DNA of 26,579 bases from an uncultured Methanosarcinales archaeon (lineage in GTDB: Archaea > Nanobdellota > Nanobdellia > Woesearchaeales > WJKL01): the NCBI GenBank assembly GCA_964464955.1, contig CAYXHN010000001.1:1-26579 (forward strand). Direction: 5' to 3'. Positions 9,898 through 17,422 of this stretch are shown piece by piece. Numbering within the stretch: the first letter of the stretch is position 1; each line of letters begins with the position of its first letter. A model generated the notes under the pieces. The model did no database searches. It saw nothing but the letters and a program-made list of their open reading frames with translations, and was not told where the DNA came from. The position numbers were made by a program, and so were the translations under genes.

Positions 9898-9990
9898 ATT
9901 TTTTACCTCTAGCAATAAGAACTGACATCTTACTGCAATTATTATCACCCTTGCAGTGTGTTATTCAATTTTGAATAACTGGGTAATATC
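9898..9990 (-). promoter_or_regulatory. Structured 5' UTR of rps2 (H-type pseudoknot, candidate r-protein leader)
   Basis: P1 9988-9981 pairs with 9950-9943; P2 9957-9951 pairs with 9938-9932; hairpin 9979-9960; TTTATAAA box at 10010-10017. Confidence 0.65.
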
Positions 9991-10066
9991 ATTGATTATT
10001 TTTAGGTTGTTTATAAAGTTTGTGGAAAAACTTATAACAAAACTTTACTGATGATCATTGCTCTCC

Positions 10067-10169
10067 CTATCTCTGCACTATAGCTGGCAAATTTTTGTAA
10101 TTGAAGATTTCACCATAGATAAATGAGTATTTAACCCTCTGAAAATTCTCTGCTGGGATTTTCAATAAA
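10067..10169. repeat. Dispersed repeat, copy 2
   Basis: Against copy 3: 4 mismatches in the first 43 nt from GCACTA and 4 in the last 34 nt, with a variable centre. Confidence 0.9.
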
Positions 10170-10379
10170 GAATGTATTCTTGCATCCCTGTATGGCATTA
10201 ACCTTGCCTGGTTTGGGATATATTTGTTCCAGCTATGATCTGAGAGGCTGTGTGAAGGGATTTCCCTTTGAAAATGCGGAAGAAACAAGCAGTTATGGTT
10301 CATCTGTATATTTGTCCTTAATACTCTTAGGATATTACCTCTTGTTTATCTGCTGTTTTTCCAGAAAAATAGGAAGTGA
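10170..10379 (+). pseudogene. DUF5652-like small membrane protein pseudogene
   Basis: Reconstruction across frameshifts and TGA stops gives ...IFVPAMI*EAV*(K)GISL*KCGRNKQLWFICIFVLNTLRILPLVYLLFFQKNRK, matching the remembered W-x3-WKG-x-ALWK...WF...NT-x-GILP family pattern. No intact start. Confidence 0.7.
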
Positions 10380-10380
10380 T

Positions 10381-10899
10381 TTAGGAGAATGTTTCCATAT
10401 CCTTGTAGATTGGCCCTTCTGATGTTAATTCTGAGCTTAAGAGTTTGAATTCTTTTACTTGGAATTCTTTATTTTCGAATTTTATCTTTTTTAGTTCTTC
10501 AATGAATGGCTGCTTTTGTTCTGGAGCAAGGAATTTGATTCTTGCTAAGGTTATATGCGGATGGAAATCGAAATCTTTTTTGAAATTGAATTTTTCTAAA
10601 GCTTTTTCTATGTCCTGCTGGAGTTTTGTCAATCTTTTATTTTCCTCTAATCCCAGCCACACTACCCTGATGTAATCCTCATTTGGAAAAACTCCCAGAT
10701 GGGTTGTTTTTAGTGTAAAGGGCTGGAATTTTACCTGTTTTAGTTCTTTGATTATCTCATCTTTTTTCTCTGTGTCTCCTAGAAACTTAAGCGTGAGATG
10801 AAATTTAGAAGGATAAGTAGCATTTGCTTTTGGGAGCTGTTTTTGGATCTCTTTAAAGTGATCTTCATTATCCGGGTCTATCGCTATGAACAATCTCAT
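10381..10899 (-). CDS. thpR: RNA 2',3'-cyclic phosphodiesterase (2H family, LigT/ThpR)
   Basis: MRLFIAID start, two HxT motifs (FHLTL, PHITL), LGVFP, and SSELTSEGPIY; own TTTTATAA box 23 nt upstream. Confidence 0.93.
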   Translation of the reverse strand: MRLFIAIDPDNEDHFKEIQKQLPKANATYPSKFHLTLKFLGDTEKKDEIIKELKQVKFQPFTLKTTHLGVFPNEDYIRVVWLGLEENKRLTKLQQDIEKALEKFNFKKDFDFHPHITLARIKFLAPEQKQPFIEELKKIKFENKEFQVKEFKLLSSELTSEGPIYKDMETFS

Positions 10900-10936
10900 G
10901 ATAGCTATAGAAGAGTTAAGATTATAAAAATTTATC

Positions 10937-12334
10937 CTAAAGGAGCTTTTTCTTTATATCTTTCAGAGCATTTTTTCCAGCCCTGTTTTCACTGTCTGTA
11001 CTGCCTAAGGGCCAGCTTCTTGATTCGTGTCCCGGAATGTATATCTTATGGTGGTCTGCCCTGTCAAGTGCAAATCCAAGATTATTGAGTCTTTTTTCCA
11101 TGCCGCTTCCGATCTTCCGGTCTTTTCCCTTGAATAAAGAACCCAATATTTTCACAATCTTTTCATATTTGCCTGTCTGCTTGTTTACCGAGATTATATC
11201 TTTTATGAGATCATACCTCCTGCTGTCATGAGGGATATTATCTGCATATCTTTTTAATGCGTCTATTGCCTTGTCTCTTATCTCTCCAGGGTAAAGCTCT
11301 GCTGATTTAGGAGACCTCAACAGGCTTGCATCATTATCTATTGATCTTTTTGCATCTTTTACAGCTTCTCCGTGCATCCTTCCTATAGTCTCTCTGAGCT
11401 CTTCTATCTCTCTGTCTTTTGCTGAAATGTCTTCCAAAGCCATCCGCAGCACCTCATCTTTTTCATATGCAGTCTCTTGTTTAAGTTCGTCCATCCGGTC
11501 ATATGCTTGCATGCTTCTAAGCCCCTCAAAAGTCAGCGATCTTGGAAGGACAAGATTGAGAGAGTATTCCCTGATAGTGTTATATATTTCAGAGATTACA
11601 CCATATTCTGATTCAGGAAATGTCTTTTTTACCATCCCGTTTGGCCAATATATGCCTATGGCTCCATTATATGTATTTTTGTTTGTGTGTTTTTTAAGCT
11701 CAAAAGAAAAATCTCTTGACGGTTCTACAAGCACGTGAGCCATCCCTGCCATAAGGGTTGCACAGCTGTGTATCTGTTTGTTGGATAATGGCATCTCATC
11801 CATATTATCTCTGCTAAGATATATTATCGGAAGAGTATTGTCTGAATCATTGTTTATGATTTCTGCTACAAAATCTATAGAATCATGGTTCAAAAAATAA
11901 GGCCTTGTCTGGGTCTTTAGAACCTTTCCATCGTAGTCGCCCCCTTGGCTGTTGATGATGTCTGTAAGTATCCTTGGTTTTTGTGGCTCATCTATTTTAG
12001 GACCGATCTTATTGGCCTCATAATTTAAAGCCATTGAAACCATGAATTCTCCCTCTTTGTGTTCGCCCACCAGTTCTGAATAGAAAGTTTCTGTTTCTGC
12101 CTTTTGGGCATATCTCATCCCCCAGTTATCCCCCCCATCAGAAACCCTCCTGAGAGTATTCACTGACACATTTCCTTTTTTCAGGTCAAACTTATCTGAA
12201 CTCATGCCTTCCAGATCAGAGTATTCCACCCTGTGATGAGGGCTTCCTGAAATCCATTTCCTTGCTGTTTCCCCAAGTTCTTCTATCCCTGACGCACTGT
12301 CTATGGGGAACACTGATGAAAATATCTTTCCCAT
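10937..12334 (-). CDS. Uncharacterised 465-aa protein with coiled coil and C-terminal HicA-like domain
   Basis: Long ORF with its own TATA box (TTTTAAAA at 12357-12364). Motifs WISGSPH, LPIIYLS, AHVLVEPSRDFS and GAIGIYWP; C-terminus LGF-x6-HHK...STDSENRAGKN. Confidence 0.8.
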   Translation of the reverse strand: MGKIFSSVFPIDSASGIEELGETARKWISGSPHHRVEYSDLEGMSSDKFDLKKGNVSVNTLRRVSDGGDNWGMRYAQKAETETFYSELVGEHKEGEFMVSMALNYEANKIGPKIDEPQKPRILTDIINSQGGDYDGKVLKTQTRPYFLNHDSIDFVAEIINNDSDNTLPIIYLSRDNMDEMPLSNKQIHSCATLMAGMAHVLVEPSRDFSFELKKHTNKNTYNGAIGIYWPNGMVKKTFPESEYGVISEIYNTIREYSLNLVLPRSLTFEGLRSMQAYDRMDELKQETAYEKDEVLRMALEDISAKDREIEELRETIGRMHGEAVKDAKRSIDNDASLLRSPKSAELYPGEIRDKAIDALKRYADNIPHDSRRYDLIKDIISVNKQTGKYEKIVKILGSLFKGKDRKIGSGMEKRLNNLGFALDRADHHKIYIPGHESRSWPLGSTDSENRAGKNALKDIKKKLL

Positions 12335-12390
12335 GTAGAAACTATAGAAAAAGGCTTTTTAAAAGTGATGAAAAAAAAGAAAAAAGATAA

Positions 12391-13479
12391 TTACATGTCT
12401 TTTAATCCTCCTTCGGTAACATTGAAACAGACTTCGCCGTCCCCTAAATTTGGAGCATCGATAAGCTTTGCAACTCTGCTTCCTTTCTTTCCCTTTCTCA
12501 GATAGATCCTGAATGTGGAAGCATGCGCAACTATGTGTCCTCCGATAGCTGCTGTAGGGTCTCCGAAGAACTGATCTGGCTTTGACATGACCTGGTTGGT
12601 TACGTAGACGCATACATTGTACTGGTCTGCAAGCTTAAGAAGAGTATGCATATGCTTGTTAAGTTTCTGCTGTCTTTCTGCCAATGTTCCCCTTCCTATA
12701 AACTCTGCTCTGAAATGCGCTGTCAGAGAGTCCACTATTATCAGCTTGATATTCTCTCCGTTCTTTATAAGCTCTTCAACCTTCTCTGTAAGAAGCATCT
12801 GGTGGTCTGAGTTGTATGCTCTGGCAACTTTTATAGACTTAAGCACTTCTTCTGGATTTAAGCCTGCACCTTTAGCCAGCTGGATTATCCTTTCTGGACG
12901 AAAGGTGTTTTCAGTGTCTATATAAACTGCTACCGGAGCCTTTGCACCCTTTATCTTCTGAAGGTTTGTTGCCAGGATATGCCCTACCTGGGTCTTTCCA
13001 GAGCCGAACTCTCCAAAGCATTCTGTTATGGCTCCTGTTTCAAAGCCACCCCCCATGAGTTCGTCAAATGTTTCTGAGGTTGTCTTTATCTTCTCTATTG
13101 TATCTCTTTTTTTCAGCAGGTCTGCTCCTGATTCAAAACCCATATCTAGTGAGTTTCTTGCCTCATTGATCATCTTTCTGGCTACTGCTTCTGTAACCCC
13201 TGCTGAATCTGTCATCTCTCCTGGGGAAGATACTGCTATCGACATCATATCTGAATAGCCGGCTTCTTTCAGCTTTTCAGCTGTAGCTGCTCCGACTCCA
13301 GGCAAGTCTGAGATTGACTTTTCTTTCTTTTCTTCTTGTTCTGAACTTTCTATTTTCGCTTCTTTTGTTTCTTCCATCTTTGAATCCTTTTTTGCTTTTG
13401 ATTTTTCCTTAGGAATATCATTCCCGTTTTCTTCTGTGCTCGGAAGCACTTCTTCTTCTGGTTTAGCTTTAGCTAACAT
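12391..13479 (-). CDS. radA: DNA repair and recombination protein RadA (no intein)
   Basis: HhH DLPGVGAATAEKL, GEFGSGKTQ, YIDTENTFRPER, DSLTAHFRAE and GGHIVAH. ATG 13479 follows an AGGTGA RBS (GTG 13488 is part of that RBS). Confidence 0.97.
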   Translation of the reverse strand: MLAKAKPEEEVLPSTEENGNDIPKEKSKAKKDSKMEETKEAKIESSEQEEKKEKSISDLPGVGAATAEKLKEAGYSDMMSIAVSSPGEMTDSAGVTEAVARKMINEARNSLDMGFESGADLLKKRDTIEKIKTTSETFDELMGGGFETGAITECFGEFGSGKTQVGHILATNLQKIKGAKAPVAVYIDTENTFRPERIIQLAKGAGLNPEEVLKSIKVARAYNSDHQMLLTEKVEELIKNGENIKLIIVDSLTAHFRAEFIGRGTLAERQQKLNKHMHTLLKLADQYNVCVYVTNQVMSKPDQFFGDPTAAIGGHIVAHASTFRIYLRKGKKGSRVAKLIDAPNLGDGEVCFNVTEGGLKDM

Positions 13480-13514
13480 AAATATCACCTTTGTATTTTA
13501 ATTTTACTAAAATT

Positions 13515-13540
13515 AAAGAAAAACGAAGCCTGAAGCTTCG
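13515..13540 (-). terminator. Hairpin plus U-tract after the small ssDNA-binding-like gene
   Basis: CGAAGC-TTCAG-GCTTCG followed by TTTTTCTTT on the minus strand. Confidence 0.5.
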
Positions 13541-13556
13541 AATTTCAATAGGAAGC

Positions 13557-13841
13557 TCACATTGCCGCAGCTTCTTGCTGTCCGATGTCTTTCAGCACAA
13601 TATACTCATAAGCTTTGTGCAATACAAGCGCGGCTTTTGGAAGATCATTTATCCGCATAGAATTTGTTGACTTCCATTCCCCGCTTTTATCGGTATACCT
13701 TCTCTGAAGGCTTATTGTTCTGAATTCAGTTTCCTGACCGTCTTTTGATTGGCCTTTGTTTTTCCACACAGTTGCCTGAATCACGCCTGTGCTGAACTTT
13801 TTTTCCGGCATTCCGCCGTTATTTGTGTTTTCTTGTGTCAT
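13557..13841 (-). CDS. Small putative ssDNA-binding protein (PC4/whirly-like beta-sheet family)
   Basis: PEKKFSTGVIQATVWKN...TISLQRRYTDKSGEWKSTNSMRINDLPKAALVLHKAYE pattern; perfect GGAGGTG RBS. Function is inferred. Confidence 0.6.
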   Translation of the reverse strand: MTQENTNNGGMPEKKFSTGVIQATVWKNKGQSKDGQETEFRTISLQRRYTDKSGEWKSTNSMRINDLPKAALVLHKAYEYIVLKDIGQQEAAAM

Positions 13842-13980
13842 TTACGACACCTCCATTGCTTTCGCATCTTGTTTCAAACCTCCCTGTTTGTGGGCTCTTG
13901 CTGCCTTAAACAGCAGCAAGGCCCCAGGAGGTGGAGTTGGCAGTTTTTCTGCCATTGAGCTTGAGTTTGGCCCAAGCATA
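13842..13980 (-). promoter_or_regulatory. GC-rich multi-hairpin 5' leader with anti-SD and decoy SD
   Basis: Hairpins at 13977-13959, 13954-13938, 13924-13892 and 13866-13857; anti-SD CACCUCC at 13933-13927; TATATAAA box at 14010-14003. Confidence 0.6.
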
Positions 13981-14019
13981 AATATATCTAAGTCAGGGTT
14001 CTTTATATATCTCACGCGC

Positions 14020-14106
14020 AGTTGAACAGTGGTCAGTGGTACCTTGATTTTAGAGTTAGAAAGGCTGTACTGCTTAAATTCTTAAGAATAAGAGTTGAAC
14101 AGTGGT
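14020..14106. repeat. 14-bp perfect direct repeat AGTTGAACAGTGGT, two copies
   Basis: Copies at 14020-14033 and 14093-14106, plus a partial CAGTGGT at 14034-14040. Confidence 0.8.
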
Positions 14107-14185
14107 ATTAAAGAATTTTGCAGAATCTGGTCTTAGGAATTTGGTTATAATGTTTTTTAGGGTCTGCTAGCACAGAAAAGAATGT

Positions 14186-14638
14186 TTAAACCAGGATAAC
14201 AACAATGATCGCGATAATGCCTGTCAGAACAACTGTTTCTGCGATTGTGCCTGTTTCTATCGGGCCTGAGAGATGCAGTTTTGTTATTGGGTGTAGGAAG
14301 TTTGTTCCTGCTTTTGTAAAACCATCTATTATCAGGTGAGAAGTGTAGCCTATGAACAATGCTAAGCCAAATGCTTTTCCCAATGTAAGATATAATATAG
14401 CTGAAAATCCGACGGCTAAGAAGATTGAATGGAATATTCCTCTGTGTTTTGTTATCAGCTGGAGAATCTTTGGAACTACAGGGATGTTCTTGCTCATCTT
14501 AGAGTCTGTATGATCTATGTCTGGAAGCAATGCCCCCAACAAAACAAGTCCGAAGAAAATTATCTTGTTTCCACCTATAAGAGGGAATGTAAGGATTCCT
14601 GCCAATATTCCAAATGTGAAATGTGTTTTTGCCAGCAT
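14186..14638 (-). CDS. Membrane-bound metal-dependent hydrolase (YdjM-like)
   Basis: MLAKTH, GALLPDIDH, HRGIFHS, GYTSHLIIDGFT and G-x-N-FLHP motifs. Confidence 0.88.
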   Translation of the reverse strand: MLAKTHFTFGILAGILTFPLIGGNKIIFFGLVLLGALLPDIDHTDSKMSKNIPVVPKILQLITKHRGIFHSIFLAVGFSAILYLTLGKAFGLALFIGYTSHLIIDGFTKAGTNFLHPITKLHLSGPIETGTIAETVVLTGIIAIIVVILV

Positions 14639-14959
14639 AATTATAAAATTGATTTTGAGGTATATTAAATTATTGATTTTGAGTTGATATCTTTTATTAT
14701 CCTCGTTGTATTATCAAATATTTTAGATCCAGATCTATAAGTCAATTGAAATTTTCTGTGATCATTCTTCAAAAAATAAGATTCGATCCTAACTTATAAC
14801 GCTCGCTTGCACTCGCTAACCCTTCCCCTAAAAAGATGTTAAGTTCTGGCTTCGCTTAAAGCAGAGGAAGACATTTGCAGAAGAAAGCAAAGCTTACTGC
14901 TGTTATAGATATTATCAAAGCCTATTTTACTTTTTCAAAGATTGAGAAATAAAGAATTA

Positions 14960-16009
14960 TTATTTAACTTCTTCTTCCTGTACATCTGTTTGGGTTTTTT
15001 CAGCTGAATCTGATTTTTCTTTAAGAGTTTTCATCTCTTCTTCAGGGTCAGGGTCTGTAAAGACTAATTGTGCTGTGAATTCCATCCGGTCAAACATATC
15101 GTTTCTTTTTGCCCTTCCAACTAGCTTGAGCTGGTTGCCTATAAGCTCTGTCTTCATGGGTTCAAATGACTGAGGATTGTCTTTATACTGGAGCATGTCT
15201 TCCTTGCTCTTGTTCAGCAATCTTTCTGCCTGATTCCTGAAGAATGTTGCTCTTATTGTCTCTGTTCCGTCATCCAAAACCGCATTCATGACATAAGAAT
15301 AATCTGGCTGGACTGCATTGTGTGCTGGGCAGACAAATGTATCTCCGTCAGGCCTTGCTCTTTTTCCGCACTGAGGGCATACTTCAAAGAACTTTGGCTC
15401 GAATGCCTGTACAATTGTGCCGAAAATCTCTATGTTCTGTTCATCTTGAGTAAGGTCTGCGATGCTTTTCCTCACAGCCTTTGGAAACTCATTTGATTCT
15501 TTTACATCTCCCACTGACTCTCCTTCTGGATTTATTATTAATTTTGAACGGTCATTAAGATGCACCTCTTTTCTTCCTTGATTTTCACGCACATATCCTC
15601 CAACTAGTTTTACTATATCTCCTTCGTTAAGCTTATTTATATTCTCTGCTTGTTCTCCCCACATTGTCAATCTTATAGTGCCGGTCTCATCTCCTATGAT
15701 CATATTTGCTACTTTTCCTTCTCGGTTTTCTGTCTTAAACTCCCTTAATTCAAATTTTCTTGTGACTTTTCCGACAACTTCAACATTTCTCATGCCTGCA
15801 AGGATGTTCTTTACCTGAAGCTTTCCCTGTGTCTGCTCCAAAAGCTTTACACCCATCTCATTGGCTACTATATGAGCTGCTCCTTCTTTTGAGATAAGGC
15901 CTGATAATTGCTTTAGCTTTTCATCTATCTTTGCATTTAGCTCTTCTTCAGAAATCCCTTTCTCTTTAGTTATCTTTTCTATTATCTGTGGTAATGGTAT
16001 CTTAAGCAT
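14960..16009 (-). CDS. rpa: Replication protein A (two OB folds plus Zn finger)
   Basis: GLISKEGAAHIVANEMG, GDETGTIRLTMW, CPQC-x13-CPAH Zn finger, and LDDGTETIRATFF. Confidence 0.92.
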   Translation of the reverse strand: MLKIPLPQIIEKITKEKGISEEELNAKIDEKLKQLSGLISKEGAAHIVANEMGVKLLEQTQGKLQVKNILAGMRNVEVVGKVTRKFELREFKTENREGKVANMIIGDETGTIRLTMWGEQAENINKLNEGDIVKLVGGYVRENQGRKEVHLNDRSKLIINPEGESVGDVKESNEFPKAVRKSIADLTQDEQNIEIFGTIVQAFEPKFFEVCPQCGKRARPDGDTFVCPAHNAVQPDYSYVMNAVLDDGTETIRATFFRNQAERLLNKSKEDMLQYKDNPQSFEPMKTELIGNQLKLVGRAKRNDMFDRMEFTAQLVFTDPDPEEEMKTLKEKSDSAEKTQTDVQEEEVK

Positions 16010-16076
16010 CGAATAAAACCCCCTAAGCTAAAGTGAGATGGCGCTTATTTAAAAATATTTGTATTTTAGAAAAGTA

Positions 16077-16898
16077 TTATTCAGATGGCAGGAATAAAGC
16101 GAATTTGTAGGTCAGAGGCTTAAGCTCCATGTTCTTGTCTAAAAGCATAGTGCCTGTGGTCTTATTAAAAAGGAAGAACTGGTTGTCAGTAGTGCCTCTT
16201 TTATATTCCAGATGATCAGGCTTGTTGTCTTTTACACACTGCTCTTTGTCTTCAGAAGCATAGCATTTACGTAGGAACGTGCCAGCATCTTTTTTTAAAG
16301 ATTCAAATTCTTCTTCAATGTTTATCCTTAATCTTGTCTTGAAGTCTGGTTTTACAATATATTTCCCTATAGATGCCTGGGATATTCCGATCTCCCCTAT
16401 TTTTTTGGACATTGGAAATATAGGTGTTTCTAGATTCTCATAAGCCAATCCAAAGAGCTTATCTTCTGAGATTGAAAATTCGTATATGTCTGCTGAAAGC
16501 CCCTGCTCTGGGTATGCTGAAAGATATTTACTGAAGTAGTCTTTGAAATGCTTTTTGAGTTCCTGCTTGTATTCTGGATAGCAGGTTTCTTTTCTTATGT
16601 TCCACAGCCTATAGCCTTCGTAAAGACCGCATCCTTGAGTATAAAAGCCTCCATTTTCTGCAAGGTCAAGCAAAGCTTGTTGTGAAGCTAAACTTGCTGA
16701 CTGGTCTATATACAATAATTTATTTTCTGCTTCTTCTTTTGCATCCAGGACTTTTAATGAAAGCTCTCCTGTGAATTCAAACTTTTCCTGCTCTGGATCT
16801 ATTGCTTGTGAATAGAAGGTTGCCACAAAGAAATAAGCTAATCCTATTATAAATCCAGGGATTACTATATAGTACAGTATCATTGATCTTTTGTTCAT
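16077..16898 (-). CDS. Class III signal-peptide (pilin-like) protein
   Basis: Start moved to ATG 16898 (ATGA overlap with the upstream stop): MNKRS/MILYYIVIPGFIIGLAYFFV. Confidence 0.72.
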   Translation of the reverse strand: MNKRSMILYYIVIPGFIIGLAYFFVATFYSQAIDPEQEKFEFTGELSLKVLDAKEEAENKLLYIDQSASLASQQALLDLAENGGFYTQGCGLYEGYRLWNIRKETCYPEYKQELKKHFKDYFSKYLSAYPEQGLSADIYEFSISEDKLFGLAYENLETPIFPMSKKIGEIGISQASIGKYIVKPDFKTRLRINIEEEFESLKKDAGTFLRKCYASEDKEQCVKDNKPDHLEYKRGTTDNQFFLFNKTTGTMLLDKNMELKPLTYKFALFLPSE

Positions 16899-17422
16899 CC
16901 TGCTGCCACCGCATAATCTATTTCCGTCAATGGTACATCTAATCTTATCTCTATGATATCGTCCCCATAAGGAATGTATTGTTTTGCTCCTGAACAAAGT
17001 TTAAGTTTGTTTGAACAAGAATTAAAAGGATATGATGTCTGATCTATACAAACTACGACACAATCTGAACCGTATCTTTTAAGTATTTGTTCTGTCTTTT
17101 TCTCCCATTGTTCTTCAAAATACTCGTCTGATTTTAATAGGGTGATGAGTCCAGCCATGTCTGTATAGGCTAAGTCTATGGGCTTCTCTGTCTGCATCTT
17201 GTTTAAATCTATTTTTACTGGCGTCCTTAAATAATAGTTTAACATCTGTTTTCCATCTATATCCTGTTTGAGGATATCTGCATCTTTTTCTTTGTCATCT
17301 TCTGCATCTCCGGAAAAAACAAGAAATAGAAATATAGCTATGATAAAGAAAAACATAGTTACCATCAATGGGATGAAGTCATCTATCCCTACCGCTTTTT
17401 TTGATCTAAACAGTTTATACAT
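16895..17422 (-). CDS. Class III signal-peptide (pilin-like) protein
   Basis: RSKKA/VGIDDFIPLMVTMFFFIIAIFLFLVF; four C-terminal Cys. Confidence 0.75.
   Translation of the reverse strand: MYKLFRSKKAVGIDDFIPLMVTMFFFIIAIFLFLVFSGDAEDDKEKDADILKQDIDGKQMLNYYLRTPVKIDLNKMQTEKPIDLAYTDMAGLITLLKSDEYFEEQWEKKTEQILKRYGSDCVVVCIDQTSYPFNSCSNKLKLCSGAKQYIPYGDDIIEIRLDVPLTEIDYAVAAG

Noticed and set aside
10241-10271. Genome-wide TGA=Trp recoding
   Set aside because: TGA is clearly used as a stop in many ATGA overlaps, and intact genes use TGG for conserved Trp.
10067-10422. ORFs 10067-10303 (-) and 10180-10422 (+)
   Set aside because: They run through the repeat and the off-frames of the pseudogene; the protein-like signal is in other, interrupted frames.
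12391-13479. Intein in RadA
   Set aside because: The sequence around the P-loop GEFGSGKTQ is continuous and the length is normal apart from the N-terminal tail.
368-13958. Numerous 60-140 aa opposite-strand or alternate-frame ORFs (e.g. 576-896, 596-949, 2555-2896, 3987-4331, 9413-9754, 12617-12925, 13749-13958)
   Set aside because: They lie largely within well-supported genes and have no recognisable motifs.
13842-13980. tRNA, SRP RNA or RNase P RNA
   Set aside because: No cloverleaf or TTCGA T-loop, no SRP helix-8 motif, too short for RNase P; its position abutting an SD favours a leader.
14020-14106. CRISPR mini-array
   Set aside because: Only two 14-bp repeats with a 59-nt spacer, below typical CRISPR repeat length, and no cas genes.
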